Origin: Eledone cirrhosa | Lineage: Eukaryota | DNA length: 64,000 nt | Reading direction: 5' to 3' | Assembly: GCA_964016885.1 (NCBI GenBank) | Contig: OZ024743.1 | Coordinates: 224,192,001-224,256,000 of the forward strand | Part shown: positions 1-12,329 of the stretch, in pieces | How positions within the stretch are numbered: the first letter of the stretch is position 1 | Layout of the letters: each line of letters begins with the position of its first letter | The notes under the pieces: model-generated | Told to the model about the DNA's origin: nothing | The model's input: the letters and a program-made list of their open reading frames with translations, nothing else | Database searches by the model: none | Program-made: the position numbers and the translations under genes

Positions 1-82
1 GCAAGGAACTGGGCATATCAGAGTATTGACAATATCATACACCTAAACAACATATGTACTTGTCTATACCATACTAATTCAA

Positions 83-137
83 ACTGCCTGAAGAGGTCAC
101 AGCCAAAGATGGCTGTCACTGAAATATATATAGCAGT
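83..137 (+). ncRNA. Minimal type-I hammerhead ribozyme motif (Penelope-like pLTR context)
   Basis: Stem I ACTGC(83-87)/GCAGT(133-137); CTGAAGA core (88-94); stem II GGTCACAGCC/GGCTGTCACT with one mismatch; GAAA (121-124); palindromic TATATA stem III; predicted AUA cleavage after 132; AATAAA follows. Confidence 0.75.
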
Positions 138-284
138 AATAAACAAAGCTAAATTTTAATCATTTGACTTTTATTTAACTTTATTTTACACTACTCCGGA
201 GTAACCAAACCAACCTGCGCACTTCGTCGAGTGCTCCAGCCTGCATACTGAGGTGTTGGTATACAACCAACATAAACTCAAAAT

Positions 285-384
285 CTATATACTTATATAT
301 ATATATACTTATATATGTATATATATATACACATATATATACATATATACTTATATATACTTATAAATATATACTTATATATAT
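285..384. repeat. (TA)n-rich microsatellite
   Basis: Imperfect TA/TATAC tract; similar tracts at ~1765-1885, ~2305-2440 and ~3660-3720. Confidence 0.9.
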
Positions 385-708
385 GGAGGCACATGGTTTA
401 GTGGTTAGAGCATTGGCCTTGCAATCGAAAGGTTGTGAGTTCAATTCTCAGACCATGTGATGTGTTGTTTCCTTGAGCAAGACACTTTATTTCACATTGC
501 TCCAGTTTACTCAGCTGTAGAAATGAGATGATAGGGACCCCAGTCCCTATCATTCCACTGCAAAGTGGTTGTGTAGGTGCCACGGATGTAAATGAGGTTG
601 GTGTTAGGAAGGGCATCCAGCTGTAGAAATCAAGCCAGAATCAGTTCCCGTCCCACCCTTGCAAGCAAGGAAAAGCGGATGTAAAATGATGATGATGATG
701 ATGATGAT
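385..708 (+). mobile_element. tRNA-derived SINE, family A, with (GAT)n tail
   Basis: A-box TGGTTTAGTGG, B-box-like GAGTTCAATTC, 3' tail resembling the RTE LINE ends in this window; near-identical copies at 48140-48486 and 58381-58692. Confidence 0.8.
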
Positions 709-1768
709 ATCCAAAATTAAAATTAAGAGGTGTCATGTCTGAGAGACATGCGCCATATCCACTGTAGAATAAGCTCAAAGATTCCAATGAATAGATCTGA
801 GCATTACATATCAACTAGAAATAGATTGACATATATATATATAAAATAAACATATGGAACAATCACAGGGAATAATTTGTAAAGAATGTAAGCACACATA
901 GCTAGGTAGGTAACTAATTAAAGTTTAACTAGAACTACAAATATAGATAACTTTTAAAATGATTAATCTCCTTTGTATATATTTCTTTAAGTAAGAAATA
1001 TATTTCACCAATTAATCCGTAAATCTTGGATGTTCACCAAAGAAGAAGAAGATAACCATCTGCGTTTACAAAGCAAAAGCAAATCTGTGAATGACTCGAA
1101 CCACGTGTTGCATTTTTTTTAAAAATACACACATTGCACAACGTGAATAGGACCATCGACAGCCAGAAATAGCAGCCGAGTCTATTCAACTGAACGAGCT
1201 CAACAATCAAGGGGCTGTATTTATATCCAAAATTAAAATTAAGGGTTGTTATGTCTGAGAGACATGCATCATATCCACTGTAGAATAAGCTCAAAGATTC
1301 CAATGACTAGATCTGAGCATTACATATCAACTAGAAATAGATTGATATATATATAAAATAAACATATGAAACAATCACAGGGAATAATTTGTAAAGAATG
1401 TAAGCACACATAGCTAGGTAGGTAACTAATTAAAGTTTAACTAGAACTTCAAATGTGTGTATTTTTAAAAAAATGCAACACGTGGTTCGAGTCATTCACA
1501 GATTTACTTTTGCTTTGTAAACGCAAATGGTTATCTTCTCCTTTGGTGAACATCCAAGAATTTGACTGCTGTGTTTTACGGATTAATTGGTGAAATATAT
1601 TTCTTACTTAAAGAAATATATACAAAGGAGATTAATCATTTTGAAGTTCTAGTTAAACTTTAATTAGTTACCTACCTAGCTATGTGTGCTTACATTCTTT
1701 ACAAATTATTCCCTGTAATTGTTTCATATGTTTATTTTATATATATGTCAATCTATTTCTAGTTGATA
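708..1768. repeat. Tandem-plus-inverted repeat unit (possible Penelope-like pLTR arrangement)
   Basis: 708-~942 is repeated directly at 1224-~1454, and 1452-1768 is an imperfect reverse complement of ~809-1135. Confidence 0.75.
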
Positions 1769-1801
1769 TATATATATATATATATATACATACTTTTATA
1801 C

Positions 1802-1834
<33 letters not shown>

Positions 1835-2015
1835 CTTATATATATTTATATATACATATATATATTTATATATATATACTTATATGCAAAAGTTCTATTT
1901 AAATTGTTGGGATACAACAAGTAAATATTTTTATAACTGATATAAAGCACTCAACAAGTATTTGGAGTAGATATACGATATTAATAAATGGAAACTATAT
2001 TTATAAAACCATATT

Positions 2016-2080
2016 TATTTCATTATACATATTTCAGGGATACCAAATTAAATTATGGTATGCCTTCATCAGACAAAATA
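2016..2080 (-). ncRNA. Minimal hammerhead ribozyme motif (mirror copy)
   Basis: Reverse complement of the motif at 2200-2264. Confidence 0.7.
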
Positions 2081-2199
2081 CAATATATAACAGTTTTACA
2101 AATAAGCTTTGACGTACCCTTTTAAAATGCGACCATTATTTTTGGAGGCCATCTGGATAGTGGTACGTCAAAGCTTATTTGTAAAACTGTTATATATTG

Positions 2200-2264
2200 T
2201 ATTTTGTCTGATGAAGGCATACCATAATTTAATTTGGTATCCCTGAAATATGTATAATGAAATA
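2200..2264 (+). ncRNA. Minimal type-I hammerhead ribozyme motif
   Basis: Stem I TATTTTGT/ATGAAATA (two G-U pairs); CTGATGA (2208-2214); stem II AGGCATACCA/TGGTATCCCT; GAAA (2245-2248); TATGTA stem III; predicted AUA cleavage after 2256. Confidence 0.7.
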
Positions 2265-2439
2265 AATATGGTTTTATAAATATAGTTTCCATTTATTAAT
2301 ATCGTATATACTTATATATATTTAAATATACAAATATACATATATATATATATATACATACTTATGTATATTTATATATACATATATATATATATACATA
2401 CTTATATATATATACTTATATATATATACACTTATATAT

Positions 2440-3660
2440 CATCATCATCATCTTTGTTTAACGTCCATCTTCCACGCTAGCATGGGTTAGACGGGAGTTG
2501 TCCCACTTGAGGCAAGGTTGGTCGGGTGACCGTGTCTCGCTCATATAGAACTATCTGGCAGGTTTTCTACGGCTGGATGCCCTTCCTAACACCAACCACA
2601 TTTACAGTGTGGAACTGGGAACTTTTTACCGTGTTACCTACACAGCCACATTACAGCATGGACTGTGTGTTTTTTTATCGTGACACCTACACGATCTCGA
2701 TCTCATTATCTCATTTATTTGGACTGGATGTTGTGGTACCAACTTTACAGAGAGAGGGTGGTGTTGGTGGGAGTGGGAGGATAGGGTAGGGGTGGTGGAT
2801 TTGGGTGTATATTTGGTTGAGAGATGCCTACTGACTTTAGGTTTCGCTTTGTACATAGGCAGTGCGGGTCTTCTGTATTATTGAGTAGCGCCAAAGATCT
2901 CGGTCCAGTGACATTGTCTTAGAGAGGTGCAAGTGTGTAAGGTCGGAATTTATCAGATCGTCCCAGGTTTTTCTGGGTCTACCTACTCCATAACTACAAT
3001 CAATTTTGATCGCCCTGCACTTTTTTTATGCAGCTGTCGTCTTTCATGCGCATCACGTGATCATACCAACGTAGTCTTCTGTCAAGTAAGCAGCATCTGA
3101 TCCCTCTTATTCCTAATTTATCACTTAGTTCATTTATGCTTTGCCGTTCACGTATATTACTATTACACATCCAACGGAGCATGCATGCTTTGTTCCTTTC
3201 CAGTCTGCGCAGGTCCCCTGCACGTAATGCCCATGTCTCACTGCCATGTAGCATTGCTGTTCGTATACAGACATCATACAATCTGCCTTTCATCTTTAGA
3301 GAGAAACCTTTTGTGGCCAACAGCGGTATAAGCTCTCTGAACTTTTTCCATCCCGTTCTGACTCTGGCTACTGTACTTTCAGAACACCTTCCACCACTGC
3401 TGATTTCGTCACCCAGGTAATGGAAAGTGTCTACTATTTCTATAGAACCATCTGGGCAATAGAAGGAATTAGTATCCTGTGGACATTTGCTACTTATTGC
3501 ACCTGAGCATTGGCCACATATAAAGTCTACGTTCTTAGATAGTTTACCTGTGATCCCAATACATCTTTTATGTACCCATACTTTGCATTTGGGACATAAA
3601 ATGGAATTTCTGCCTACTCCTTTCCTACACACTGAGCATGGCCATTTCCCTGAGGGCACC
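2440..3660 (-). mobile_element. RTE-clade LINE, 5'-truncated (RT C-terminus, 3' UTR, (GAT)n tail)
   Basis: ORF 3000-3659 has CSVCRKGVGRNSILC..WVHKRC, FHYLGD, MLHGSETW and RRLRWYDHVMR motifs; (CAT)n at ~2440 on the plus strand. Confidence 0.85.
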
Positions 3661-3961
3661 TATATATATATATATATATATACTTATATATATATATATA
3701 TGTGTGTATGTGTGTGTGTGTGCTCTGAGTACACAAGAGAAATTCCAGAGTAACAAAACTCAAGCTTGGCCTTAATGAAGAATATATTCATCACTACTAT
3801 GGTCATTCTCTTGACCTTTACTAATCAAGTATATCTATATCTCTCTATATATATGTATGTACATATGACTCTCTTAAAATAAATTAGTTACTGATAATTA
3901 TTATACTAAATGCCTATCTTAATTAACACAATTCATAAATTAGGGAATATTTAGTTAATGT

Positions 3962-4410
3962 TAGCATGGGCATGGATTCATTGAAGCTCCAACGTCTGGC
4001 AATGGACTTGGTAAACACCCACAAAGTTATTAACCATCTCGCCAACAACCCTGAGAACCTTTTTGATCTCCATGTGTCTAACACACATGGACATGCCTAC
4101 AAAATCAGAAAACAGCACAGCTCCCATGACTTTCAGAAACATTTTTTCACGCTTAGAGTTGCTGAAGCATGGAACAAACTTTCTGCATCAGTTGTTAGCT
4201 GCCGAGAAACTGCATCCTTTAAAACCCCCATGCTTCCTGAAATTCGCCAAAACTACACCTGATGTCACCCTTCCATACACATGCATATCATGACTCATGC
4301 ACTGTTCATTTTCCTGACGTTTGTCCATTACCCTATGTACTATACATACACTTTTGATGAGTTGTAGTGCACCTGAGAACTGTACACAATATTTTCATTA
4401 TTATTATTAT
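3962..4410 (+). mobile_element. CR1-clade LINE 3' fragment
   Basis: Matches the 3' end of the element at 30450-35003 (HFFTLRVAEAWNKL); ends in an (ATT)n tail. Confidence 0.9.
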
Positions 4411-4411
4411 T

Positions 4412-4605
4412 TGAATTGGCAGTATCGGTAGAGGGTCGGACGCCATGCTTTCCAGCATAGTTACGTCCCTTTGCGGTCAGAGTTCAAATCCTGCCGAGGT
4501 TAACTTTGCCTTTCATCCTTACGGGGTCGATAAAATAAAGTACCAGTAATGTACTGGATAATTGCTGGTCTTGTGCCAAAAGTAGAAACAATTATTATTA
4601 TTATA
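4412..4605 (+). mobile_element. tRNA-derived SINE, family B, with (ATT)n tail
   Basis: TTGGCAGTATCGGTAGA..GAGTTCAAATCC..CTTTGCCTTTCATCC..GTCGATAAAATAAAGTACCAG; many copies in the window. Confidence 0.8.
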
Positions 4606-7242
4606 TATTATCCCAACCTGTACCTTTACTATTTTCTTAGCTTCTTCACAAAAATTCATTATTTATCTAAATAATAAGTCTATTACTATTTCTCCTAATA
4701 TGTGTCCATTTTTTTAAATTTTAGATTGCAAATATTAATTTTTATTGTTTTGATATTTATTTATCTATCTTTTTTGTTGATTTATCTAAGGTTTATAAGG
4801 GGTGCCTTGCTTTAAGGTATATAGAATCGTCATCACCAACATTTTATGTTCACTTTACCATGTGAATCCATTGAATGGATTATCACAGTAAGAGGCAATA
4901 CAAGTTAGGGAACTAGATCTTGTTTACATATCCTGTTTTTTTACATAGCTTCTATAGTTAAAGAAAAAATGGAATATATGCCCAGGATATGGTTCTTCAA
5001 CTCCTCTAGTCACAAACTATGACAATCCATCCAACCCATGTCAGCAAGGAAAAATAGATATAAAATGATGATGACAAAATAGCAGACAACAAAAATAAAC
5101 ATGAATAAAATGAACTGTTCCTGTGTTTCCATTGTATATCTTTCAATTCTCTTTTAATCAATAAACTGAAAGATTTATTTGTGAAATTTTTTTCACAAAT
5201 AATTTATTTGTAAATTTTTTGCAATACCAACCTGCTCCATCACAATAAAGTTTGCATTTAATTGCCACCCATTCATAAATTAGCTCAACAAAATGAGGCA
5301 ATTGAATACACCCTAGCTAGCAAAGAAAACAGATATTAAATGATGGTCATTTAATATACTAAAGTGAAACATATCAGCAGTCTTGTTACCTGTCATATGA
5401 TGAGTAATTTTGAGAACATGTTTGCCACTCTAAATAACAGCAGATAAATATAAATGCATATGTATATAAATATATGAAAGATAAATATAAATAAATGAAT
5501 TTACTAATCCTACATTTTGGCTAAAACAATTCAAACACAATAAATACAGTAAAGTATTTCTTTATCTCTCTCTCTCTCTTTACCTGCCACTCTGGTCAGT
5601 ACATATACTCTTTCAACTCATATGTTAACTTTCTCTCTACATATTGTTAAACTACCATTAGACCAACCAACCAGCCAGCCAGCCAACATATAGAGAATTA
5701 TATATTGGAGATTATAATAAATATAGACTTACTATAATCAGTGAAGGAGCCATGATAAAATGACCCTATTACATTAAGTAAAGTGGTAGTGCTTGAGCTA
5801 CAATAAAATGCATGCAATACACTTTTTTTTTTTTGTAAGTGATTGGCATCAAGCTGTAGATACCATACCAAACATGGAATGTATGAACAATACGTTCTTC
5901 TCCAATCCATCTAATTTCAGATTATTATAGGATATCCAATCCATGCCAGCTTGGAATGTGGATGTAAAAACAATGATGATGATGATGATGATGATGATAA
6001 GTAATCTGAGTATTTCCTCAGTGAAGATGGTTTTGTGAGATGTTCATTGGTTACGTTAAATCTTCAGTGACCATCTCAAAAACTAACTTTCCTGGTGGTT
6101 ATAACAACTTTACACACAAGTAATATTTACTTTAACTTTGCCTTTCATCCTTCCAATGTCAATAAAATAAAGTACCAATCAAGTACTGGGTCATTAAAAT
6201 AAAATACCAATCAAGTACTGGGTTGATATAATCAATTTTTCCCTTCTCACAAAACTACTGGCCTTATGGCTAAATTTGAAACAAATATTTACTTTAACAT
6301 ACTGAACTGTGCCACATTCTATATGGCACTTGGATCTTCTGCTCCTTATTACTAAGTAATACTTTGTTTTTTGCCATCTTAACTTAAATATAAATGCTGA
6401 ATACATTAAAGTATCTTGTCAACTATGTTCATAGCTGGAGAATGTAAAAAAAAGAAGCAACTTGGTCTTTTTGAGTTACTGAAATAAATAAGTTTTATTT
6501 TAGATACTTCTAGCTTAACTAAATGTTGTTATTTCAGGTTTATTTAGTAATACACATGCTTTTAAAATGAAATTATTTTTACATATATATGGAGTGTAGT
6601 TAAGTAAATTTTGTTCGCACGAATGAGCATTTATTAGAAATGCAGACACCATTTTAACACCATCACCCACCAACACTAATGTTTAGTTTTGTCATGTTAA
6701 CTTTCAAGTCATAGTATTCATAAGCCTTTTGATAAAATCCACCATTGGTTCTATGATACAAAGCAATTTATTTTGAAATATCTATAATTATCTAAAAACC
6801 TTCTAATCCATCATAATTTTATATAAGACCCTTTGTTAAGTTATGTTCCAAAAACCAACTCAATATTGATTATTTAAAAAAATTATACAGTGACTTTCAT
6901 TAGAAATATTTTGCTGAAATCTGTTAATAATTTGACCAAAGTTATTACTTTCTTATTTTTCCAGAGAGAATATTGAAAAGAAACGGGCTGTTAGTAACTG
7001 GGTTTTCACTGATGTCACGAACTATTTCAAATATCTGACCACGGTGTATAATTCAGTAACTAATACTTTATCTTACAACTAAAATATCATTGCATACAAT
7101 GATTTTACTTTACACACATACATAACCATAATCAAGAAGCTATATTTGTTGATGAAAGTGAACATTCATTTGACACCAACCACCTAAAACTGCCCCTCAT
7201 TTTGTGATACAAAACTGTCTGTTGCAGTGTTCATACTTATAT

Positions 7243-7447
7243 TAACCCTTTAGCATTCAAACAGGTCATATCCAGCCAGAATTCTTTCACCTCTTTCTGT
7301 TCAAACTGGCCACTCATATTGATGTCAAGGTGTTGTTCTCAAAATAAATAATATCAAAATCTCATAGATTCGATATTATGTGAGATAAAGCATTTACCAC
7401 AAAAATACAATAGTAAATGTAGAGTAATGTATATACTAAAGGGTTAA
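7243..7447. mobile_element. TTAA-flanked MITE (piggyBac-like termini)
   Basis: TTAACCCTTTAG...CTAAAGGGTTAA; related copies in the opposite orientation at ~13818-14032 and ~52008-52278. Confidence 0.7.
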
Positions 7448-10104
7448 ACATTCCATCGAATTGTATGTAATATTTTTTATGTTCCAAATGTCAGCTTACT
7501 AATAAAAAGTTAGTTAATTTATTAAATACCACCCCAATATTTTTTTTATTATTTTCAAAATAAATTGAAACACAGTAGTGTATTTCATTAGAAATATAAT
7601 TGTTTCTACTTTTGGCACAAGGCCAGCAATTACCCAGTGCATTACTGGTACTTTATTTTATCGACCACGTAAGGATGAAAGGTAAAGTTAACCTCAGCAT
7701 TAGAAATATAATAATAAAAACAGTTTAGAACATCAGATAGAATAATTTGTGGTATTTGTTCCAGCTGTGTGTGTTTTGAGTTCAAATCCAGCCAAGATTA
7801 CCTTTGCCTATCATCCGTAAGGAGAAATAAACTACCAGTTCAATACTGGGGTTGATTCTTCCTTTATATATATTTCACACTTTCTTTTATATGTACACAC
7901 ACACATTCTCTCTCTATATATAAGAAATCCACTGTGTTCAGATCAGGAGAGGAATGGTCTATGCCATATTTTAAGTAGCCAAAACATAGAACATATCACT
8001 CCAGCATCCATAAAAATCAATGAGGAGTTAAGGCCACATGGCTGGATAGATGGGTGGATGAATGGACACCATGGTTCATTTGCTGAATGAATCTCTCCAC
8101 ATCATTCCAACATCTCATTTAGTACCAGATTTATGGAGATACCAATGAGACTAGGAACATTCTTGATTACTGAATGGAGTTATCAATAACAATAAATCAA
8201 CCTCATAGTACTAGAAATATAAAGAGGAAATTAGTGATATGTTACACATTAGACTGTAACCAAGCTTGGGAACCATTTTGAAAGTTTTACTTGATCATAT
8301 TGACCATAATACTTATTTTTTTCAAGTCTGGTACTTATTTTGTTAATCTCTTTTTTGCTGAACAACTAAGTAGTGGGGGAATAAACATGCACACACACAT
8401 ATATATATGACATGCTTCTTCAACTTCTGTCTACCAAATTCTACTCACAAGACATTAGTCAACCTGAGAATGTTGGAGAAAACATTTGCCCAAGGTGTCA
8501 TGTAGTGGTACTGGACCTGTAATAATATGATTGTGAAGTATAATCTTTAACCACACAGCCATGCCTGCACTTGTTAGCTAAAATAAAATAACTAATAGTA
8601 GCTGATTTCATGAGGCATGGTCAAGATATATAGTGTAACATGCAAATTCTGAATCTTTTAAGAGATAGGATTCGTAAGAGATATTGAACAGTAAAAAAAA
8701 ATTAACTTCCATGTTATTTTATGCTCATTTCTATTTAATTATGAATACCTTCATTTATTTTCAGGATTTCTTTTTTATTGTATGCAAATTAGCAGAGAGT
8801 ATGTGTCACCTGGGTAGTAATAACTTGCTCCACCACACAGACACGCCCAGGTGTAGCACCAGCTGACACTAACTACCTAGTCAAGACACAACTTTTCAGA
8901 GAATAAAATGATTCTGTATTCCAAACAATTTATTAGTTATTATTTCTACCATTTAATTCTGAATGTCCAGTAATCATTTACCAGGAAATATTATAAAAAG
9001 CATTTGCTAATTCAAATATTCATAGTATCTTTACTTGTGTGCACGTGTGTCTGGGTTTGTGTTTGTCCTTCCCCAAAATTGCTAGCCTTGTGCCAATACT
9101 AGAAAGAATTATAAACCACAAGATCATTTGGCAACCAATTTGCATGTCTAGAAAGTGGTAAAAAAGAAAAAAAAAAAATCAAGAGTTCTTTACATAGTTT
9201 TCTTCTTTCCAAAAAAGACAAGAGCTCTTACTACTAATACTACTATGAAGACAAATTTAACCCTTTGAGTAATGTTTCTGAAGTCACCATCTCTACTATG
9301 ATTACAACTGCTATTAGTGCTACCACTCTGCTGCTGCTACTCCTAATACTGCTACCACTAAGAAGGAAGGAGGTAGACTGAAGTTCATGAGGATCAAGGA
9401 AAACATGCAGATTCAAGCATCTTCACACAGAATGTAGTAACCAAGGAATTATTAAATTAAATATTCTTTTTACTATATATATCATTTTTTTGACAGGTAC
9501 TGTGCTAATACATGCAATAAATCAGGTGAAAACTGTTCCAAGAGCAGTGTTTCTCCTAGTAGTGTTTTGATATTGGGAGGCTAATAAAGGTTAATACAAT
9601 ACTTCATGCATGGCAGACAGAAAAATAAATTCCAGATGTTAAGAAAATAAACCTCCTATTGAATTGGTGTTAAACCTCATAGTCATGCTGACTAATTTAT
9701 CACTATTTATAAAGAAAAGAAAAAACTATTAAATGAAATAATGCTCAGTCGATTTAATCAACTTTCCCCTCCCCCCACAAAAATGTTGTTGGCCTTGTGC
9801 CTAAATCAGAAACCATTACTATTATTATATATTTCATTGAAGCAGAACATAAAACAAACCAAATAAATAAATAAAACAACCAATGTTATATATCTTGACA
9901 TTATATGTTTCAACAGGTTGATGTTGTTACTTATATAGTTCAGTTACATAGTTATTTTACTTTTTTGGGGCAGTAGGGTATCAGATGCATGTGTCCATGA
10001 AACATATATATATATATATGCAAAAGTTCTATTTAAATTGTTGGGATACAACAAGCAAATATTTTTATAATTGATATAAAGCACTCAACAAGTATATATA
10101 TATA

Positions 10105-11020
10105 TATATATAAGGTCTGAACACAAAGGAATCAAACTCACACTGCCACTGACTCTCCTGCTCTTCCCATTTCTCACTATTATGAACAAATGGGGGCCCA
10201 TGTGCTGGCCACCCCACAGCACCGGCAGACAGAATAGACAAGGTGTTTCCCCAGAAGATGGTGAGGGAGATGCGATGGAATAGCCATACCAGCTCACAAG
10301 ACTCACACCTGCAGGTAGCCAACTTATTAAACATTGTTTCTGAAGTATTCACCATGTATACTTTTGCTCCATAGGTTTTTAGTTTTTTTTGCCTGTTTTT
10401 AAAGTCTCTTGTTTAAATTTTTGTGACAAAATTTAAATAAGGTGCCATACTTTATCCTTAAAAAAGGTAATCTAAAATATTCTAAATTAAATTTCAGCAT
10501 TAAAAAATATGGAGGCAAAACCTCTCCACTCACATCCATAAAATGGAAGAGCCAAAGCCGTAGTTTTGCTCATGATAATGAAGCCTTACATCACAGCAAA
10601 CACACCAAATAGGAGTGTGAACATGGAATAGGAACAATGCCATCCCTATCACCACTACAAACACCACCAACGACAACAACAATGAAACAGGCAGTCAAGC
10701 AACGCAATTTTGTTGGTGTACGGGGAATGTGGTGCAGTAAATAAATATATACATATACATCAGGTCCAAACACAAAGGAACTAAACTCTCACTGATTCCG
10801 TCTCTCCTACTCTCCCCATCTCTCACTATTATGAACAAATGGACGCCCACGTGTTGGTTGCCAAAAGTCTCCATTGTTACAGGTTCAATCTTAAACCTGT
10901 CGGAGAACGACCAATATTTGGATAGTTTACCCTCCTCAGCTCGAAGTGCAGCATCGCCTGAGTTAGTCGCAGGCTGCACCAGGTTGATCCTGAACCACTT
11001 GGCAAGGTAGACAACCACTA
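10105..11020 (-). mobile_element. Two 3' remnants of a restriction-like-endonuclease (CRE-like) non-LTR retrotransposon
   Basis: AALRAEEGKLSKY..F.IEPVTMETFG motif at ~10850-10980; shared 3' UTR also seen at 46500-46690 and 61865-62245. Confidence 0.6.
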
Positions 11021-12114
11021 AATTAACTAGCCAGTTTGCTGGTTAATAGACCAGTTAACCAGCAAACCAACATTATATAAAAATTTCCACTCAGCTACTC
11101 AATTTCCTTTGCCAGCATGAAAAAAAATCTTGAAAAGATTAATCTCAGAGAGGAGGAAGTAATGGAGGCAAAGCAGATGGTGTAAAAGGATCAAAGGGTG
11201 AGCCCCAAACCTCAATCATAATGGAAGCACACTTCATTGTAGTGACATACCATACAATTGGAGCGAAGTTACCCTGGGTGGAATGGTCTACGAAGGTCCA
11301 AATCTGAAGGCCTTAGGATGTGTGTGGGGATAAAAATACCCAAATAACCTACAGTAAATGATTTGGGATAGTGGAAATGAGGTTTGCCATTATGCAGGAG
11401 GTCAAATCTCACTCTCTAACACCAGTAAAGATTGAGAGTTTCATCCTAGTGCCATCTTATTGAGGCCAAAGATTGGTAATGATCAGGGTAACCCAGGTAC
11501 TACCTGAAATAGCCATTCCTTAGCTAGTTGTAGCTGTCATCATGGACATGGACAACAAAACGACCATACTGGAGGTCTTCAAAATAAAAAGAGAAAACTG
11601 ATCTGGAATAGGGATGGAGCTACTCATCCAAATGGACCAAGAGTGCATTGAGGCCATCCCCGATATAACAGATCTCTCACATAATAGAATCAACACCAGC
11701 CCCAACAACAATAGTAACATCAACACACATAGAGGAGATACCCCTACCTGACTTCACACAGTTGGATATGGATTGTGGTGAGGGGGACGAGTGGAAAACT
11801 GTCTCCCACAATAAAAGACAAGAAAAGAAAAACATTAACTTTGCCCACACAAAAAAACCCATAATGCACAGAACACCAACATCAACCTTGCTACCACCGG
11901 CAGACACCAACATCTGAAACACAAGACATCCCACATCCCCAACAACAGCAAAGCAAAAAACAATAAAAATAAATCCAACAAGAGTCAAATTACACACCCA
12001 TAAACATAAAAAATGAAAATTAACTGTATCACTTAAACCAACATAAACATTATAGAACATAAATACATCAGGTCAACAATAACTATACCAAAATACATAA
12101 GAATATCATCCAAA

Positions 12115-12292
12115 TAATTGTTTCTACTTTTGGCACAAGGCCAGCAATTACCCCAGTGCATTACTGGTGCTTTATTTTATCGACCCCATAAGGATGAAAG
12201 GTAAAGTTAATCTCGGCGGGATTTGAACTCAGAACGTAAAGGCCATAACTCTATGCTGCAAAGCATGGTGTCTGACACTCTACCGATACTGC
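12115..12292 (-). mobile_element. SINE family B copy
   Basis: Reverse complement of 4412-4605. Confidence 0.8.
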
Positions 12293-12329
12293 AAGACATT
12301 TCCATAAACTTAAAACTGAAATTCCACAA

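Larger units (their letters stand above)
1971..2309. repeat. 148-bp inverted repeat (arms 1971-2118 and 2162-2309, 43-nt spacer)
   Basis: Arms read as exact reverse complements by eye. The sequence adjoining the left arm (~1885-1960) recurs at ~10015-10095. Confidence 0.9.

Noticed and set aside
385-455. tRNA-like sequence
   Set aside because: It is a SINE head; it continues into a SINE body and tail and lacks a proper acceptor stem.
398-616. Repeated ~70-aa ORF (also 48152-48358 and 58464-58679)
   Set aside because: Antisense reading of SINE family A copies; not a gene family.
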